64,000 nucleotides of DNA from Calditrichia bacterium (lineage in GTDB: Bacteria; Calditrichota; Calditrichia; JAJRVZ01), in assembly GCA_963796965.1 (NCBI GenBank), contig CAWCNS010000005.1, forward strand, positions 384,001-448,000. Direction: 5' to 3'. The position numbers and the translations under genes were made by a program. Position 1 is the stretch's first letter. Each line of letters starts with the position of its first letter. The notes under the pieces were generated by a model, which was not told where the DNA came from, did no database searches, and saw only the letters and a list, made by a program, of their open reading frames with translations. Positions 1 to 10,691 of the stretch are shown piece after piece.

Positions 1-859
1 GTTGAAAACTTTCCATTCTGATTGGTGAAAGCATTCTGTCAGTTTCGCCCAATGGACGATATTGGGGATAGGATAAGATCTTCTCAAAGTGACCAAGCGA
101 TTGAAAATTGGCGACAACTTCCATATGATACCTTGTTGCATATTCGCTTAATTCTTTCCAATCTTCAATACTTACCCCACCTCCTGCAGGTGAAAAATCT
201 CCATGGCTTTTTGTTTTCACAACATGTTCTATGTAATAACTGAGCCCATTTATTTTTAATTCGGATAAACGACGGACCTGGGATTTCATAAAATCCAGGG
301 TTGGAATTGGTCCGCGACTTATATCATCCTGAACAGCACGGAAATCCAGATCTGGCCAGTCTACAATTCTCATGCAGGGTATTTCACCTTTGTTTTCCGA
401 TCCTCTTATAATTTGTTTTAGTGATTGGATTCCATAAAAAATACCTGATTTTGTGTTAGCCGCAACAATAATCTTCTCTGGCCCAATATCCAGGACATAA
501 CCCTCATCTCCGATGCGATTTTCGGGCCAAAGCCTCTTTTGCTGGCATATCTCCCGAAAGGCTTCATCCTCAGCCAGTATCCCAAGATGCAGTACCTTGT
601 CTTTTTGGCCATCAATTACCAGTTGGGGGCCATTAAAGCGACGCATTTCAGCCATCAATTGATTAATACCTAGCATAACTCCGATGGTGTCGTTAGTCGC
701 TATGATAATACCAATCGAATTATCAAACTTAAAACTATCTGATTGATTTGATACTTCTTTTGGTTTTGGGACAATAAACACTTCCCCCACTACCTGAGCT
801 GCACTGCCGAGAATAAATATAAAGAGTATCAGGTTTTTTACTAACCTTTCTCTTGTCAT
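1..859 (-). CDS. GH20-family beta-N-acetylhexosaminidase-like protein, 3' end beyond the window (absent from the ORF track)
   Basis: Manual translation from the ATG at 859 stays open to the window edge. Signal peptide MTRERLVKNLILFIFILGSAAQ, then IVPKPK, GDEGYVLDI, GIFYGIQSLKQI, IVDWPDLDFRAVQDDISRG and FQSLGH, matching a GH20 N-domain plus the start of the catalytic barrel. Confidence 0.85.
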   Translation of the reverse strand, partial: MTRERLVKNLILFIFILGSAAQVVGEVFIVPKPKEVSNQSDSFKFDNSIGIIIATNDTIGVMLGINQLMAEMRRFNGPQLVIDGQKDKVLHLGILAEDEAFREICQQKRLWPENRIGDEGYVLDIGPEKIIVAANTKSGIFYGIQSLKQIIRGSENKGEIPCMRIVDWPDLDFRAVQDDISRGPIPTLDFMKSQVRRLSELKINGLSYYIEHVVKTKSHGDFSPAGGGVSIEDWKELSEYATRYHMEVVANFQSLGHFEKILSYPQYRPLGETDRMLSPIRMESFQ

Positions 860-861
860 GA

Positions 862-2477
862 TTAGTCCTTTTGTTCCTTGAAAAAATTGCCTTTAAGATG
901 GACAGTTTTTGGAGATAATCCTTCTGTCAGATTTATAGCGGTGTTTGCCTGCCTGAAATCATTACCGGAAAGATAGATATCCTCGGACAAACCCTCTACC
1001 TGTAAAAAAATATTGACGGGATTCAGAGCCCGTGAAGATGAAATGAAGGCATTTTTTATATTCCGAAACTGAAACAAGGGTGCTCCCTGGACAGATCCTT
1101 CACCCTTTATGTCAATAAGATCTAAGCCATCCACATCATCACATATAAGTGCCGAGCGCCCATCCTCTTCCTCAAATGAGAGATCAATATTTGACAAATG
1201 GACGTTTTTTGCGTGTCTTATAAAGAAACCATAAGAAGGCAAGGTCCCGAACATTGTACTCTCGGGATATTTCTCCCGCTCCTCGCCTACAGACCATGGC
1301 GCCGTATTCATTTTTACACCCCCCTTAAATTTTATCCTGATATTGTTTAAGGATATATTCTCAACGGGGTGATCCGGAAGGCCTGTAATTGAACAGCCAA
1401 TGCTGTCAACATTGGTAGCAATAATATTGCTGATTGAAACATTTTTATAGGTTCCAACGGACGGTCGCGGTATTCCTTCTTTGTATAATCGTCCCCGATC
1501 ACCAAGGCGAAGGTAAATGGGCACTTTCGGGCCATCGATCCTGATATTCGATATCATGACACCATTGAGAATTCCACCGTCCACACATCCTAATGTAATT
1601 CCACTGATCCCATTTTTAAAACCATATATTTTGTCGGGACTCGTTGAGGGCTTTACGACACAATTGCTTATGGTAATATTTTCAAATCCACCATGTGATT
1701 CTGTTCCGAGCTTTATGGCGTTACAATGACTGCTAAGCACACAGTTTGTAACCGTAATATTTTTTGAAATATAGTTGGATGTGCTTTTTATGGTCAGGGC
1801 ATCATCATCGGTATCCCCGATACAATCAGATACAAGCACATTGGAGCAGCCATCAATATCGATCATATCATTATTTCGATTGCAATGATTATAAACTGTT
1901 ATACCCCTAATAAACAAACCGTCACAGGCAAGATAATGCTGCATCCACATCGCAGAGTTTTGAAGACGGATATTCTCTAAATGAATGTTTTTTGAATTGA
2001 TCATACGGATGAGATAAGGTCTGTCCTGGTAGCGTTCGGATCTCTTGCTCTTGACTTTAAAGGCTTTTCCCTGCCCATCAATAATACCATGCCCGGTGAT
2101 GCCGACATTTTCCACGTCTTCCGCATAGATCAAACTTTGATTTACATATTGGTCGGTATAAGATCGTATTTTGGGGATTTTTTTAATGTAATCCTTTATA
2201 TTTGTACTGGCCAGCAGAATAGCACCCTGGGAAATCTCAAGGGTAACATTACTTTTTAGAATTATAGTGCCCGAAAGATAAGTTCCAGGCGGAAAATAAA
2301 CAATTCCTCCGGTTTTATTGCATTCATCAATACTTTCCTGAATCGCTTTGGTATCCAGGGTAATCCCATCACCTTCCGCCCCATATTCACGCACATCGTA
2401 AATACCATTTTCATGGGCCCGGACACCAATGGCTAGATAAAGATGATCATGAACCCGATAGTATAATATACTTTCAT
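862..2477 (-). CDS. GH28 polygalacturonase-like beta-helix glycoside hydrolase (frameshift in the signal peptide)
   Basis: YGAEGDGITLDTKAIQ, VYFPPGTYLSGTI, NNDMIDID, DDDALTIKS and AIKLGTES motifs. The upstream ATG at 2477 (MKVYYTIGFMIIF) joins via a one-base shift near 2435. Confidence 0.88.
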
Positions 2478-2548
2478 GTTTAACCCCTCTTAGTGAATTG
2501 ATAATTTAAAATTGAAGATTGAATATTGAATGTTGGATATTGAATATT

Positions 2549-3457
2549 TTATCTGGCATTCCATCTATTTTTTACAAATTCCAGGGATAGTTTATACGCT
2601 TCATCTAAATCTTCCACATCCGATTCATCGCCTCCTATATCCAGCCCAAGATATCCGTTAAAATTGATTCTTTTTAACGTTTGAAAAAAGTCATCCCAGC
2701 GAATATTACCTTCACCCAATCCCAGATGTTCCAAGTTTTAATACCGCGATTATCTGATAGGTGAATATAATCCAGATGATCTTTCAGACGGAGTAAAGCG
2801 AGGGCCAAATTATCTTTCATGAGGAACTGATTGGCTGTATCCAGATGTAAATTTCAAATTTTTTCTGCCAACGGCCTCATAAAAATGCAAAAATCCTTCG
2901 GCTGTGGCTGATAAGGTTCCTAAACTGGGATGTAACTGATAGGTTAATCCATAGTCTGCAGCGATATCGCAGAGTTGTTGAAAGGTTTTTACAAGACCTT
3001 CCCAGTAAATATTCCAGGCCAAATTATCCGGAAAGCGGGCTTTCATCATCACCTCCCCGTCATAATGACGGGTTACCGGGATTTCCGAAGGAAATTGATA
3101 GGGGGGAATGGGGGCATTATCCAGTAGCCCTTTTGAGCCAAGATGCGCAGCCGTTTTGCATCCTTTTTCAAATAAGGTGATGTTCTTATCCCTTTCCTCT
3201 TTATCTGCAGATGAAAGACCTGGTAAAACGGCACAGAAATAAGGAACCGTCATCTTAAATTCATCAAGTTTATCTTTAATTTGATGACGAAGATCGAAGA
3301 CTTCCGATAAATGCTGTTCGCGTATGCCCTCGAGTTCTATCGTGGAGAATCCAAGATCACGCATTTCTTCAATATATTTAATGGTGTCTTTTGCGGGTGG
3401 AGGATATCCATATTTTGTAATTGGATAGAGATAGCAACAGACTAGTTTTTCCATCAT
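2549..3457 (-). CDS. Sugar phosphate isomerase/epimerase, xylose-isomerase-like TIM barrel (frameshifted)
   Basis: ORFs 2810-3457 and 2549-2734 are colinear. Motifs GFSTIELEG, YIHLSDNRG (between the ORFs), HLGLGEGNIRW and FNGYLGLDIG. Confidence 0.8.
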
Positions 3458-4687
3458 AATAAGCCTTCTATACCTATAATTCCTGTGATAGCCATCAAGA
3501 CTGTAAATAAAAAAATGAAACCTATAATAAAATTCATTCCTGCAGAAGTTTTATGTTCAGCCATGATATCTTCCCGTCTCTGCATCAACAACATCAATAG
3601 GACAATTACCGGCGTTGCGATGGCAGCAAATACCTGGGAGATAATCATGGTCAAGACCGGCCTGCCCCCAAAAAGGGGTATGACCAATCCCAGACTGACC
3701 GTAAAAAGAGCGATTCCCCGATTGAGCGGTTTTTTCATATCCCGTGGTTTGTTAAAGAGATCAGCTAACAACCAGGGGGCCAGCAATGAGATGAGGAAAG
3801 AGAGAGGAGAGACCCGCGCTTACGATTCCTGTAACAAAAAGGGAGACGGCAAAACGACCGGCTAAAGGTTCCAGTAGTTTTACCATATCAATGGCGCTGT
3901 TAACCTCCAGACCCAGCGGATACATGGTGCCGGCTGCGCAGGCCATGATGGCAGCAGAAAGAAAAAACATCATGCTTGCTGAAATAAAGGCATCTCTTTT
4001 TTCTAACCTGAGATCCTCGACACCCCAGCCCTTCTCCTGTACAAGAACAGACCTGACCAGATAAAGCACCCCGCCCATGGTTGTACCAACCATTCCGGCA
4101 ATCAATAAAGCCGCATTTGATTCCTGAGGAATACTGGGCACCATTCCCTTTATTACTTCCCACGGATCCGGGATAACCATAAACATAGTCAGGATAAAAC
4201 TCAATCCCATCAGGCCAACAAAGATCATCAGAATATTTTCAAAAAAACGGTGTGAGCCCCTCCAGAAAAGATAGTAGATGATACTACCAAATAGCAGCGT
4301 CGTCCAGAGCATGTCAATGCCTGTCCCGGATGGCGTTAAAGGTCTTGACCATTCCTGAACGGCCTCTGTAACAACGCCCATAACACCCATAAAGGCAACC
4401 CATTCACTGAAAACGACGGAGATAAGCACAAAAGCGGCGATCGTAAATCCATAATGTTTTCTAAAACTGAATAGTGCTGTTCTTCCTGTTACCGCAGTAA
4501 AACGACCAAAAAAGACAATCAGAATATAGGTAAACACACAAGAAAGCAATAGGGGCCAGATAAGTGTCATGCCATATTTTGCACCGGTTGATGCCGCAGT
4601 GGTGACACTGCCGGTACCAATATTGTATCCAATAAGGAAAATACCAGGGGCAATCGAAACAAAAAAGAGGGATATTTTTTTTAACAT
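3454..4687 (-). CDS. Nramp/APC-fold membrane transporter (frameshift near 3790)
   Basis: IAPGIFLIGYNIGTGSVTT...GAKYGMTLIW and AGMVGTT motifs, many hydrophobic segments across ORFs 3761-4714 and 3454-3786. Confidence 0.8.
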
Positions 4688-4853
4688 ATAACTCCTAAAT
4701 ATTGGGAAAACCAATTCGATAATTGGGAATCAAATTATCCGCGAATCACACGAATTCTTACGGACTTCACAAATTATTATTTTCATTTTTTATCACAACT
4801 AATGTAGCCGAAAATTGAATAATCCGTATTGAATATACAGATGGCGATCTACA

Positions 4854-4881
4854 TAGGGCAGACACTCGGGTCTGCCCCTAC
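4854..4881. repeat. REP-like palindrome
   Basis: tagggcagac-actcgg-gtctgcccctac has an 8-bp stem. Related cgccccta ends occur at about 5029 and 12226. Confidence 0.6.
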
Positions 4882-5033
4882 GAATACTGTCCAATAAGGA
4901 CAGGGTCTGTGAATCGGATCATCCTACCTTAACCTTGAGATTTCTCTGTTGGATATTGGATATTTAATTTAACAATATCTATAGTTCGGTCGATTCACCG
5001 GTTGAAAATCCCGATTCTATTGGTAGATCGCCC

Positions 5034-6623
5034 CTAAAATATATCATTTGAATATTGAATATTCCGTGTTGAATATTGAATATTCAATTTATCAACACGA
5101 ATCTCATCACCTACCGATTCTTGCCAGGTATGGATTTTTGCTGTCAACTGGCTGATGACCGTCTGGTATTCTGTCATGTAGAACAAATTCTTTGTTTCAA
5201 ATGGATCATTTTTCAAATTAAATAATTGGCTTTTATCCCCTTTGCATAGACTCAATTTCCAACCATCAGTGGAAACAATCGTTCTTATGGAAGCATTGGC
5301 AATTTCTCTAATTTTATCTAGCCCATATATCTTTGATAATTCTGGTGGAACAGTAAACCCTGAACCCGGATTCCATTGAATAAAAACGTCTTCCGGTTCT
5401 TTCTGCTCCCCCTTCAACCGCGGTATAAGGCTTTTTCCGGGAAGACCGACATGGGCATTACTATTCATAGCATCCAACAATGTTGGCACCAGATCAATAT
5501 GACTGACCGCATTTTTCACAGGAACTTGTTTTGTATGTTGTTTTGGAATTCGCATTAACCAGGGTACTTTTGCGGATTCTTCATACATTACGGTTTTGGC
5601 TAACAACCGGTGCGAACCCATCATATCGCCATGATCGCTGGTATAAACAACAATAGTATTTTCTGCCAACCCAAGATTTTCAAGACTATTTAGAATGCCA
5701 CCAACACTATGATCAACCTGGGTTACCAGACCCCAATAATTTGCGATCATTCTACGCCAGTCAGTTTCTGTTTTAAGAGGCAAATCATGAAATCCACCTT
5801 CATAATATCTCTGCTGAAAGAGGCGATAACGAAGTGGATCATTTTCACCTGGAATATTATCGAAGTTAGGTGGAAGGTCAATTTCAGCCGGATTATGTTC
5901 ATCATCAAGCGGGCCGTAAAAAGGCATATGCGGCTCCAGGAAATTGACATAAAGCATAAACGGTTCATTTCGATGACGTTTCAGGAAATCAATTGATTCT
6001 CGCTCAAGGTATTTGGGTTTGCAATGTTCTAGTGGCCGGCGGGCAGCAAACCCACGGCTAAAATTATTTCCACGGGTATCGGGTTCATAACCCAAATCTT
6101 TCAAAAAATGCCAGTAATCACTTTTTGTTTCTTTATTCCTCTCCGAACTATAATATTTACTATAGCCATCCTCAATACTTTTCCATTCCTCAAACCCATG
6201 CTGGGCAAAGATTTCATTTCCCAGGTGCCATTTCCCAAAATATCCTGTCCGATAATCGGGATCATCAATAATTTCCGGGAGACATTTCACATCCTCCGGT
6301 AAGGGAATATTGTTAGAAACACATGTGTTTTGATGCGGCCAAAGTCCCGTCATAGCGGTTGATCTTGACGGTGTGCAGACCGGTTGACTTACATAGGAAT
6401 TTTGAAAAACCACACTTTGATCTGCTAACTTATTCAAATTTGGAGCATGGATTTTATTGTTTCCGTAAGCCTTCATGGTATCAGGTCTTTGTTCATCTGT
6501 CCACAAAAACAGCAAATTAGGTTTTCGTGGTTTTTTACTACAACCGATAATATTCACACCTAAAGCAGCTGTAGAAGTGGTTTTGATAAATTTTCGGCGG
6601 GTAAAATTGTTTATTGTCTTCAT
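5034..6623 (-). CDS. S1 formylglycine-dependent sulfatase, likely a Tat-exported lipoprotein
   Basis: TRRKFIK twin-arginine motif plus IIGC lipobox; WTDEQR, CTPSR, GYFGKWHLG, EPHMP and SDHGD. Confidence 0.92.
   Translation of the reverse strand: MKTINNFTRRKFIKTTSTAALGVNIIGCSKKPRKPNLLFLWTDEQRPDTMKAYGNNKIHAPNLNKLADQSVVFQNSYVSQPVCTPSRSTAMTGLWPHQNTCVSNNIPLPEDVKCLPEIIDDPDYRTGYFGKWHLGNEIFAQHGFEEWKSIEDGYSKYYSSERNKETKSDYWHFLKDLGYEPDTRGNNFSRGFAARRPLEHCKPKYLERESIDFLKRHRNEPFMLYVNFLEPHMPFYGPLDDEHNPAEIDLPPNFDNIPGENDPLRYRLFQQRYYEGGFHDLPLKTETDWRRMIANYWGLVTQVDHSVGGILNSLENLGLAENTIVVYTSDHGDMMGSHRLLAKTVMYEESAKVPWLMRIPKQHTKQVPVKNAVSHIDLVPTLLDAMNSNAHVGLPGKSLIPRLKGEQKEPEDVFIQWNPGSGFTVPPELSKIYGLDKIREIANASIRTIVSTDGWKLSLCKGDKSQLFNLKNDPFETKNLFYMTEYQTVISQLTAKIHTWQESVGDEIRVDKLNIQYSTRNIQYSNDIF
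5048..5084. repeat. 7-nt-period (TATTGAA)n dispersed repeat; second copy at 12241-12277, shorter relatives at 2511-2548 and about 4948-4964
   Basis: ttgaatattgaatattccgtgttgaatattgaatatt versus ttgactattgaatgttccgtgttgattattgaatatt: 3 mismatches in 37 nt. Confidence 0.8.
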
Positions 6624-6676
6624 ATTTCAATCCATATGTTATTGTAAAAATTTTCCACGATTTTTATTAAGCAATC

Positions 6677-6727
6677 ACCTCCCCCTCTTTCCCCCTCCTT
6701 ACTAAGGAGGGGGATTAAGGGGGAGGT
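6677..6727. repeat. C-run/G-run long hairpin element; relatives at about 21281-21390 and 54351-54404
   Basis: acctccccct-ctt-tccccctcctt-act-aaggaggggga-tta-agggggaggt is a near-perfect inverted repeat. Confidence 0.75.
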
Positions 6728-6804
6728 TATATATATTTAAATAAATCTTTCCTCTGCGCCTTTGCACCTCTGCGAGAGGAAAATAGTGTATTCAATAAGC
6801 ATAA

Positions 6805-8413
6805 TCATTTATCCAATTGAGCCGGAATCCCCACCCTCTCCGCCCACGTATGATAGAGTAATTCCAATTCCTTCACTTTTTCAGGATATTTCCCGGATAA
6901 ATCCTGTGTTTCTACACGGTCCGTTTTCAGATTGTATAATTCCCAGGGATCGTTGTCAGAATTCGTGACTAATTTCCAGTCCCCTTGCCGGACAGCATGG
7001 TTTTTTCCAGGCGAAATTTGCCAGTATAACAGTGCCTCATGTCCCTTACGCTGTGATCCCTTGAAAACAGGTTACAGGCTTTTGCCTTCCAAGGGTAGAT
7101 ACATTTCGTCCTTTATATGACGAAGGATACGCCGCACCCGTGATATCGACAAATGTTGCCATTATATCAATAATGTGTCCAACTTGATCAGTAAATTTGC
7201 CTGCCTGCTTAATTACCCTGGGCCAATAGGCTATAAAAGGCGTACAAATACCCCCTTCATGATCCCATACTTTATATTTTCGAAAAGGCGTATTACTGGC
7301 ATTGGCCCATGGCGGATCAACGGAGCGGTAAGACTCAACCGGTCCCGCTGGAATATCAGGTGTATAATTGGCTTCTCCGGCACAACCGCCATTATCTGAA
7401 AGAAAGAGTATCAAAGTATTATCTTCTTCATCCATCTTTTGGATTTTTGCCAATATCCGGCCAATATTTTGATCAACACGATCTATCATTGCGGCATAAA
7501 CGGACATGGTCAGATCCCAGGCGTCTTTATCTTTGATATCATTCCAGGCGGGAACCAATTCATCTCTCTCAGGAAGTACCAGATCCTGCTCAAGAACACC
7601 GATCTCCTTCATACGCTTGAATCGTTCCCGGCGTAATTTATCCCAACCAATCATATATTTACCCCGATATTTCGAAATATCATCGGGCAGGGCATGTAGG
7701 GGATAATGGGGAGCTGTATAGGCCAGATAAAGAAAAAATGGTTTATCTTCACTTTTATATTCTTCAAGATATTGCAATGCATAATCCGTAAAAGCATCCG
7801 TGGTGTAAAAGTTTTCATCTGTAACGACATAGGGTTGGTATTCCTTATCATCCACAGCCCAGCGACGTGGATAACCATAAGAAGTGAGTTTTCTTCCCGG
7901 TTCAGGCTCTCCGGGACGGCGAGGTCCGGGATTAAAAAAATTACAGCATCCATCGCATAAACCAAAATAGCGATCAAATCCTCTTTCCACCGGAATCTGT
8001 TGGGCATGCCATTTACCTGTCATGTATGTGCGATAGCCTGCTGTTTGGAGGAGTTCTCCGAGGGTAATACAATTCTCGTATGTCCGGGGCGAATTCCCAT
8101 ACACGCCCACCTGCTGTGAGTATAGTCCCGTCAGCAGCGAAGCTCGGGTGGGTACACAGATGGAATTATTATAAAACTGAGTAAATCGTATGCCCCCTGC
8201 AGCCAGGCGGTCGATGTTTGGTGTTTGAATTTCCCCACCATAGCATCCTATATCAGAATACCCCATATCATCAACCATAATTAAGATAATATTTGGCTTT
8301 TCATTTTGCACTTCAGTTTCCGTAGTACAACTGGAAAGCAGAAGACAGAAGACAATGACCAGACAGAATGATTTTGTGAAATTTCTTCTGTTCACTTTTC
8401 TGTTTGAGTCCAT
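6805..8413 (-). CDS. S1 arylsulfatase (frameshift near 7090; C-terminus continues ...WAERVGIPAQLDK*)
   Basis: PNIILIMVDDMGYSD, CVPTR, GKWH, APHYPLHA, SDNGG and HEGGI motifs; LLSSC lipobox. Confidence 0.9.
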
Positions 8414-8556
8414 TTATACTCCCACTCATAAATAGATATTACACATATTAACCACTGAGAACCGTATTAAGAATTCAGCACTGCGCTTAGCCCCCTGCGC
8501 TATGCTCCAAACTTCGTGATCTTCGTGGTAAGAACTATTCTCGTAGGGCTGAAGGA

Positions 8557-10458
8557 TCACAAATGCGATTCTCTATGCTCGATTCTTATTTGATACCTAA
8601 TCTTTTGAATAAGCACACCTTCCTTATAGGCAACATTTAATTCTATAGGATATGCCCTTACGGATGGATAAACTGAGAAATATTCTGATTGATTTTCACC
8701 TAGGGCTATATCCACATCCCCTTCAAGTACCTCAAAGATAAATACTTTTTTATCCGCAATGATCTTTACAGCATTTTCACTCTGCGCAATGATCTTCATT
8801 TCCTCATGCCAAATAATTGGTTCAACAATCGTAACCTGACGGGCTCCATCATGATAACGTAATGATACATCTTTTTCAAGAAAATCATCATAAATAGAAT
8901 GTGTTAACGTATAAGCAACGCCACCTGGTAAAAGGTTCTTATCAGATAATTCACCCTTCGATTTAACCATTGCAACAGCACCATTCACGTTTTCAGAAAC
9001 CTCCATCTGTACATCAAATTCATACAGGTTACTAAAATATCCATTTTCATTTTGAAATTCTATCCTGGGTGAGATACAACGCATACCACTTACATCCGGA
9101 AAACTCATGGGCTCCCATCTATGATAGGCCGTTTGACCACCCAATTGCAAAAAGCCATAGTCTTTCACCCAAAGGTTTGTGATAGAACCGCCAGCTGGCC
9201 GGTGCATATATTTGCTTTTATAGGTTTTCCGCAGGTCCTGATATCCATATCCGCTAATTGTCGTCATAAAATTTTTTGAACGTACCAGGGCTACATTCAT
9301 TGTCGGAAAGACTTTCACCCACCCCAACTCCTGCGTAGGCAACGCAGGAACAGGTCCTGATTTCTGATCGCCCCACTCTGCAGCCATGGCCAGATTTTTT
9401 GATCTGGCAAATGTTGGGTAAATACAAGGAGGGTGATTAAATATGGTGGCATAATCCGGACCATAAGTCAATAGGCCGTCTTTTATCATTGTTTTCAAAT
9501 AGGTCAAATTGCTTAGGGCAGCGGTTCTATAGCGAGGATCCTCTCCAGAAAAAAGACTAAAAAGAATCTGGCAACCATCGGCCGTTAGGCTTCCGTAGGT
9601 GGTCCACTTATTCGATCGTATCCCCCACGAGCCATCAATCGCACCATTTGGATAAACAAAATAAAGGTGATTCTTTAAAGACTTTCTCACCGCCTCTTCA
9701 ACATCTTTATCTCCACTTAGGCGGCCATAGATGGCCAATCCCCACAAAGACATATCTATCTCATATCCAACATCAGCCCCATATTTAGCACCATATGCCC
9801 TGCCACCTTCTGCATTAATAAATCCATCTTCATCCATATTAGAAAGGACCTGGTGGGCTAACATCCTCGATTTGAGATCATATTTTTTATCGGGAAAATA
9901 CTTATTTGTCAGAGCGAGAGAAGCCGTCGTTGTTGCACAATAATTGATACTGGCAAAATCGGGACTCATCTCAGCGGTAAGATAATCAGCAGCGCTGATA
10001 ATGGCTTTTTTCCAAGCCCGATTCTCATCATCACTCAGATTTTCCTTCAGCAGTTGCCTTGCCATCACCATCATCAATAGTTGGTCAGTCGTCGTTCCTG
10101 TCCATTCTTCCGGCGTCTCTTTCCATGAGCCATCATCTAACTGCTGTTTTATCAACCAGTTACCAAGACATTTAGCCGCATGCAAGTATTTCACGTCACC
10201 ACTGTTCTTATAGGCGACAGCAAAGGGATAAACGGTCTCCGCCGCTCGTGTATGTAAAACATTACAATTTTCACATCTTAGAGCCCCGTAGTTCTCATCC
10301 GCTTCATTATCGATTTGTAATTTATAGAGGGCATCAGTTAACTGATAGAGGGTGGTAAGGCATTCGTCTTTAATAGAACCTACTTCTGCGGTCTGATGGC
10401 AGGTGATAAAAAAAAGACTCAGACCGAGTGTCAGAACATACTTAATTGCTGTTTTCAT
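8557..10458 (-). CDS. Uncharacterised 633-aa lipoprotein, probable helical (alpha/alpha) barrel plus beta C-domain
   Basis: Intact long ORF with FFITC lipobox. Helical segments such as KYLHAAKCLGNWLIKQQLDDGSW; beta-rich C-terminal half. Function not recognised. Confidence 0.65.
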   Translation of the reverse strand: MKTAIKYVLTLGLSLFFITCHQTAEVGSIKDECLTTLYQLTDALYKLQIDNEADENYGALRCENCNVLHTRAAETVYPFAVAYKNSGDVKYLHAAKCLGNWLIKQQLDDGSWKETPEEWTGTTTDQLLMMVMARQLLKENLSDDENRAWKKAIISAADYLTAEMSPDFASINYCATTTASLALTNKYFPDKKYDLKSRMLAHQVLSNMDEDGFINAEGGRAYGAKYGADVGYEIDMSLWGLAIYGRLSGDKDVEEAVRKSLKNHLYFVYPNGAIDGSWGIRSNKWTTYGSLTADGCQILFSLFSGEDPRYRTAALSNLTYLKTMIKDGLLTYGPDYATIFNHPPCIYPTFARSKNLAMAAEWGDQKSGPVPALPTQELGWVKVFPTMNVALVRSKNFMTTISGYGYQDLRKTYKSKYMHRPAGGSITNLWVKDYGFLQLGGQTAYHRWEPMSFPDVSGMRCISPRIEFQNENGYFSNLYEFDVQMEVSENVNGAVAMVKSKGELSDKNLLPGGVAYTLTHSIYDDFLEKDVSLRYHDGARQVTIVEPIIWHEEMKIIAQSENAVKIIADKKVFIFEVLEGDVDIALGENQSEYFSVYPSVRAYPIELNVAYKEGVLIQKIRYQIRIEHRESHL

Positions 10459-10691
10459 TTCTCAAAAGTCTTTTAAATTTAGAACGACCTGGTTATTAAT
10501 TTTTGTTATTTCTTTAATGCGATTTCCGGAATCGGTCGAAATAATAATCTCGCCAGATGGAGGGCTCCTACCTCATCCCGGTATATTGAAAAGGCCGAAA
10601 GCGCAGCGGCCTGATTGTTGGGATTTACTTCTATAATCAAATAATTATCTTCTATAGTTACCTTTTTGAGTATTAAATTTATCCATTCTGA

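Noticed and set aside
22..615. Short ORFs 22-243 and 418-615
   Set aside because: They are shadows of the GH20 gene on the minus strand.
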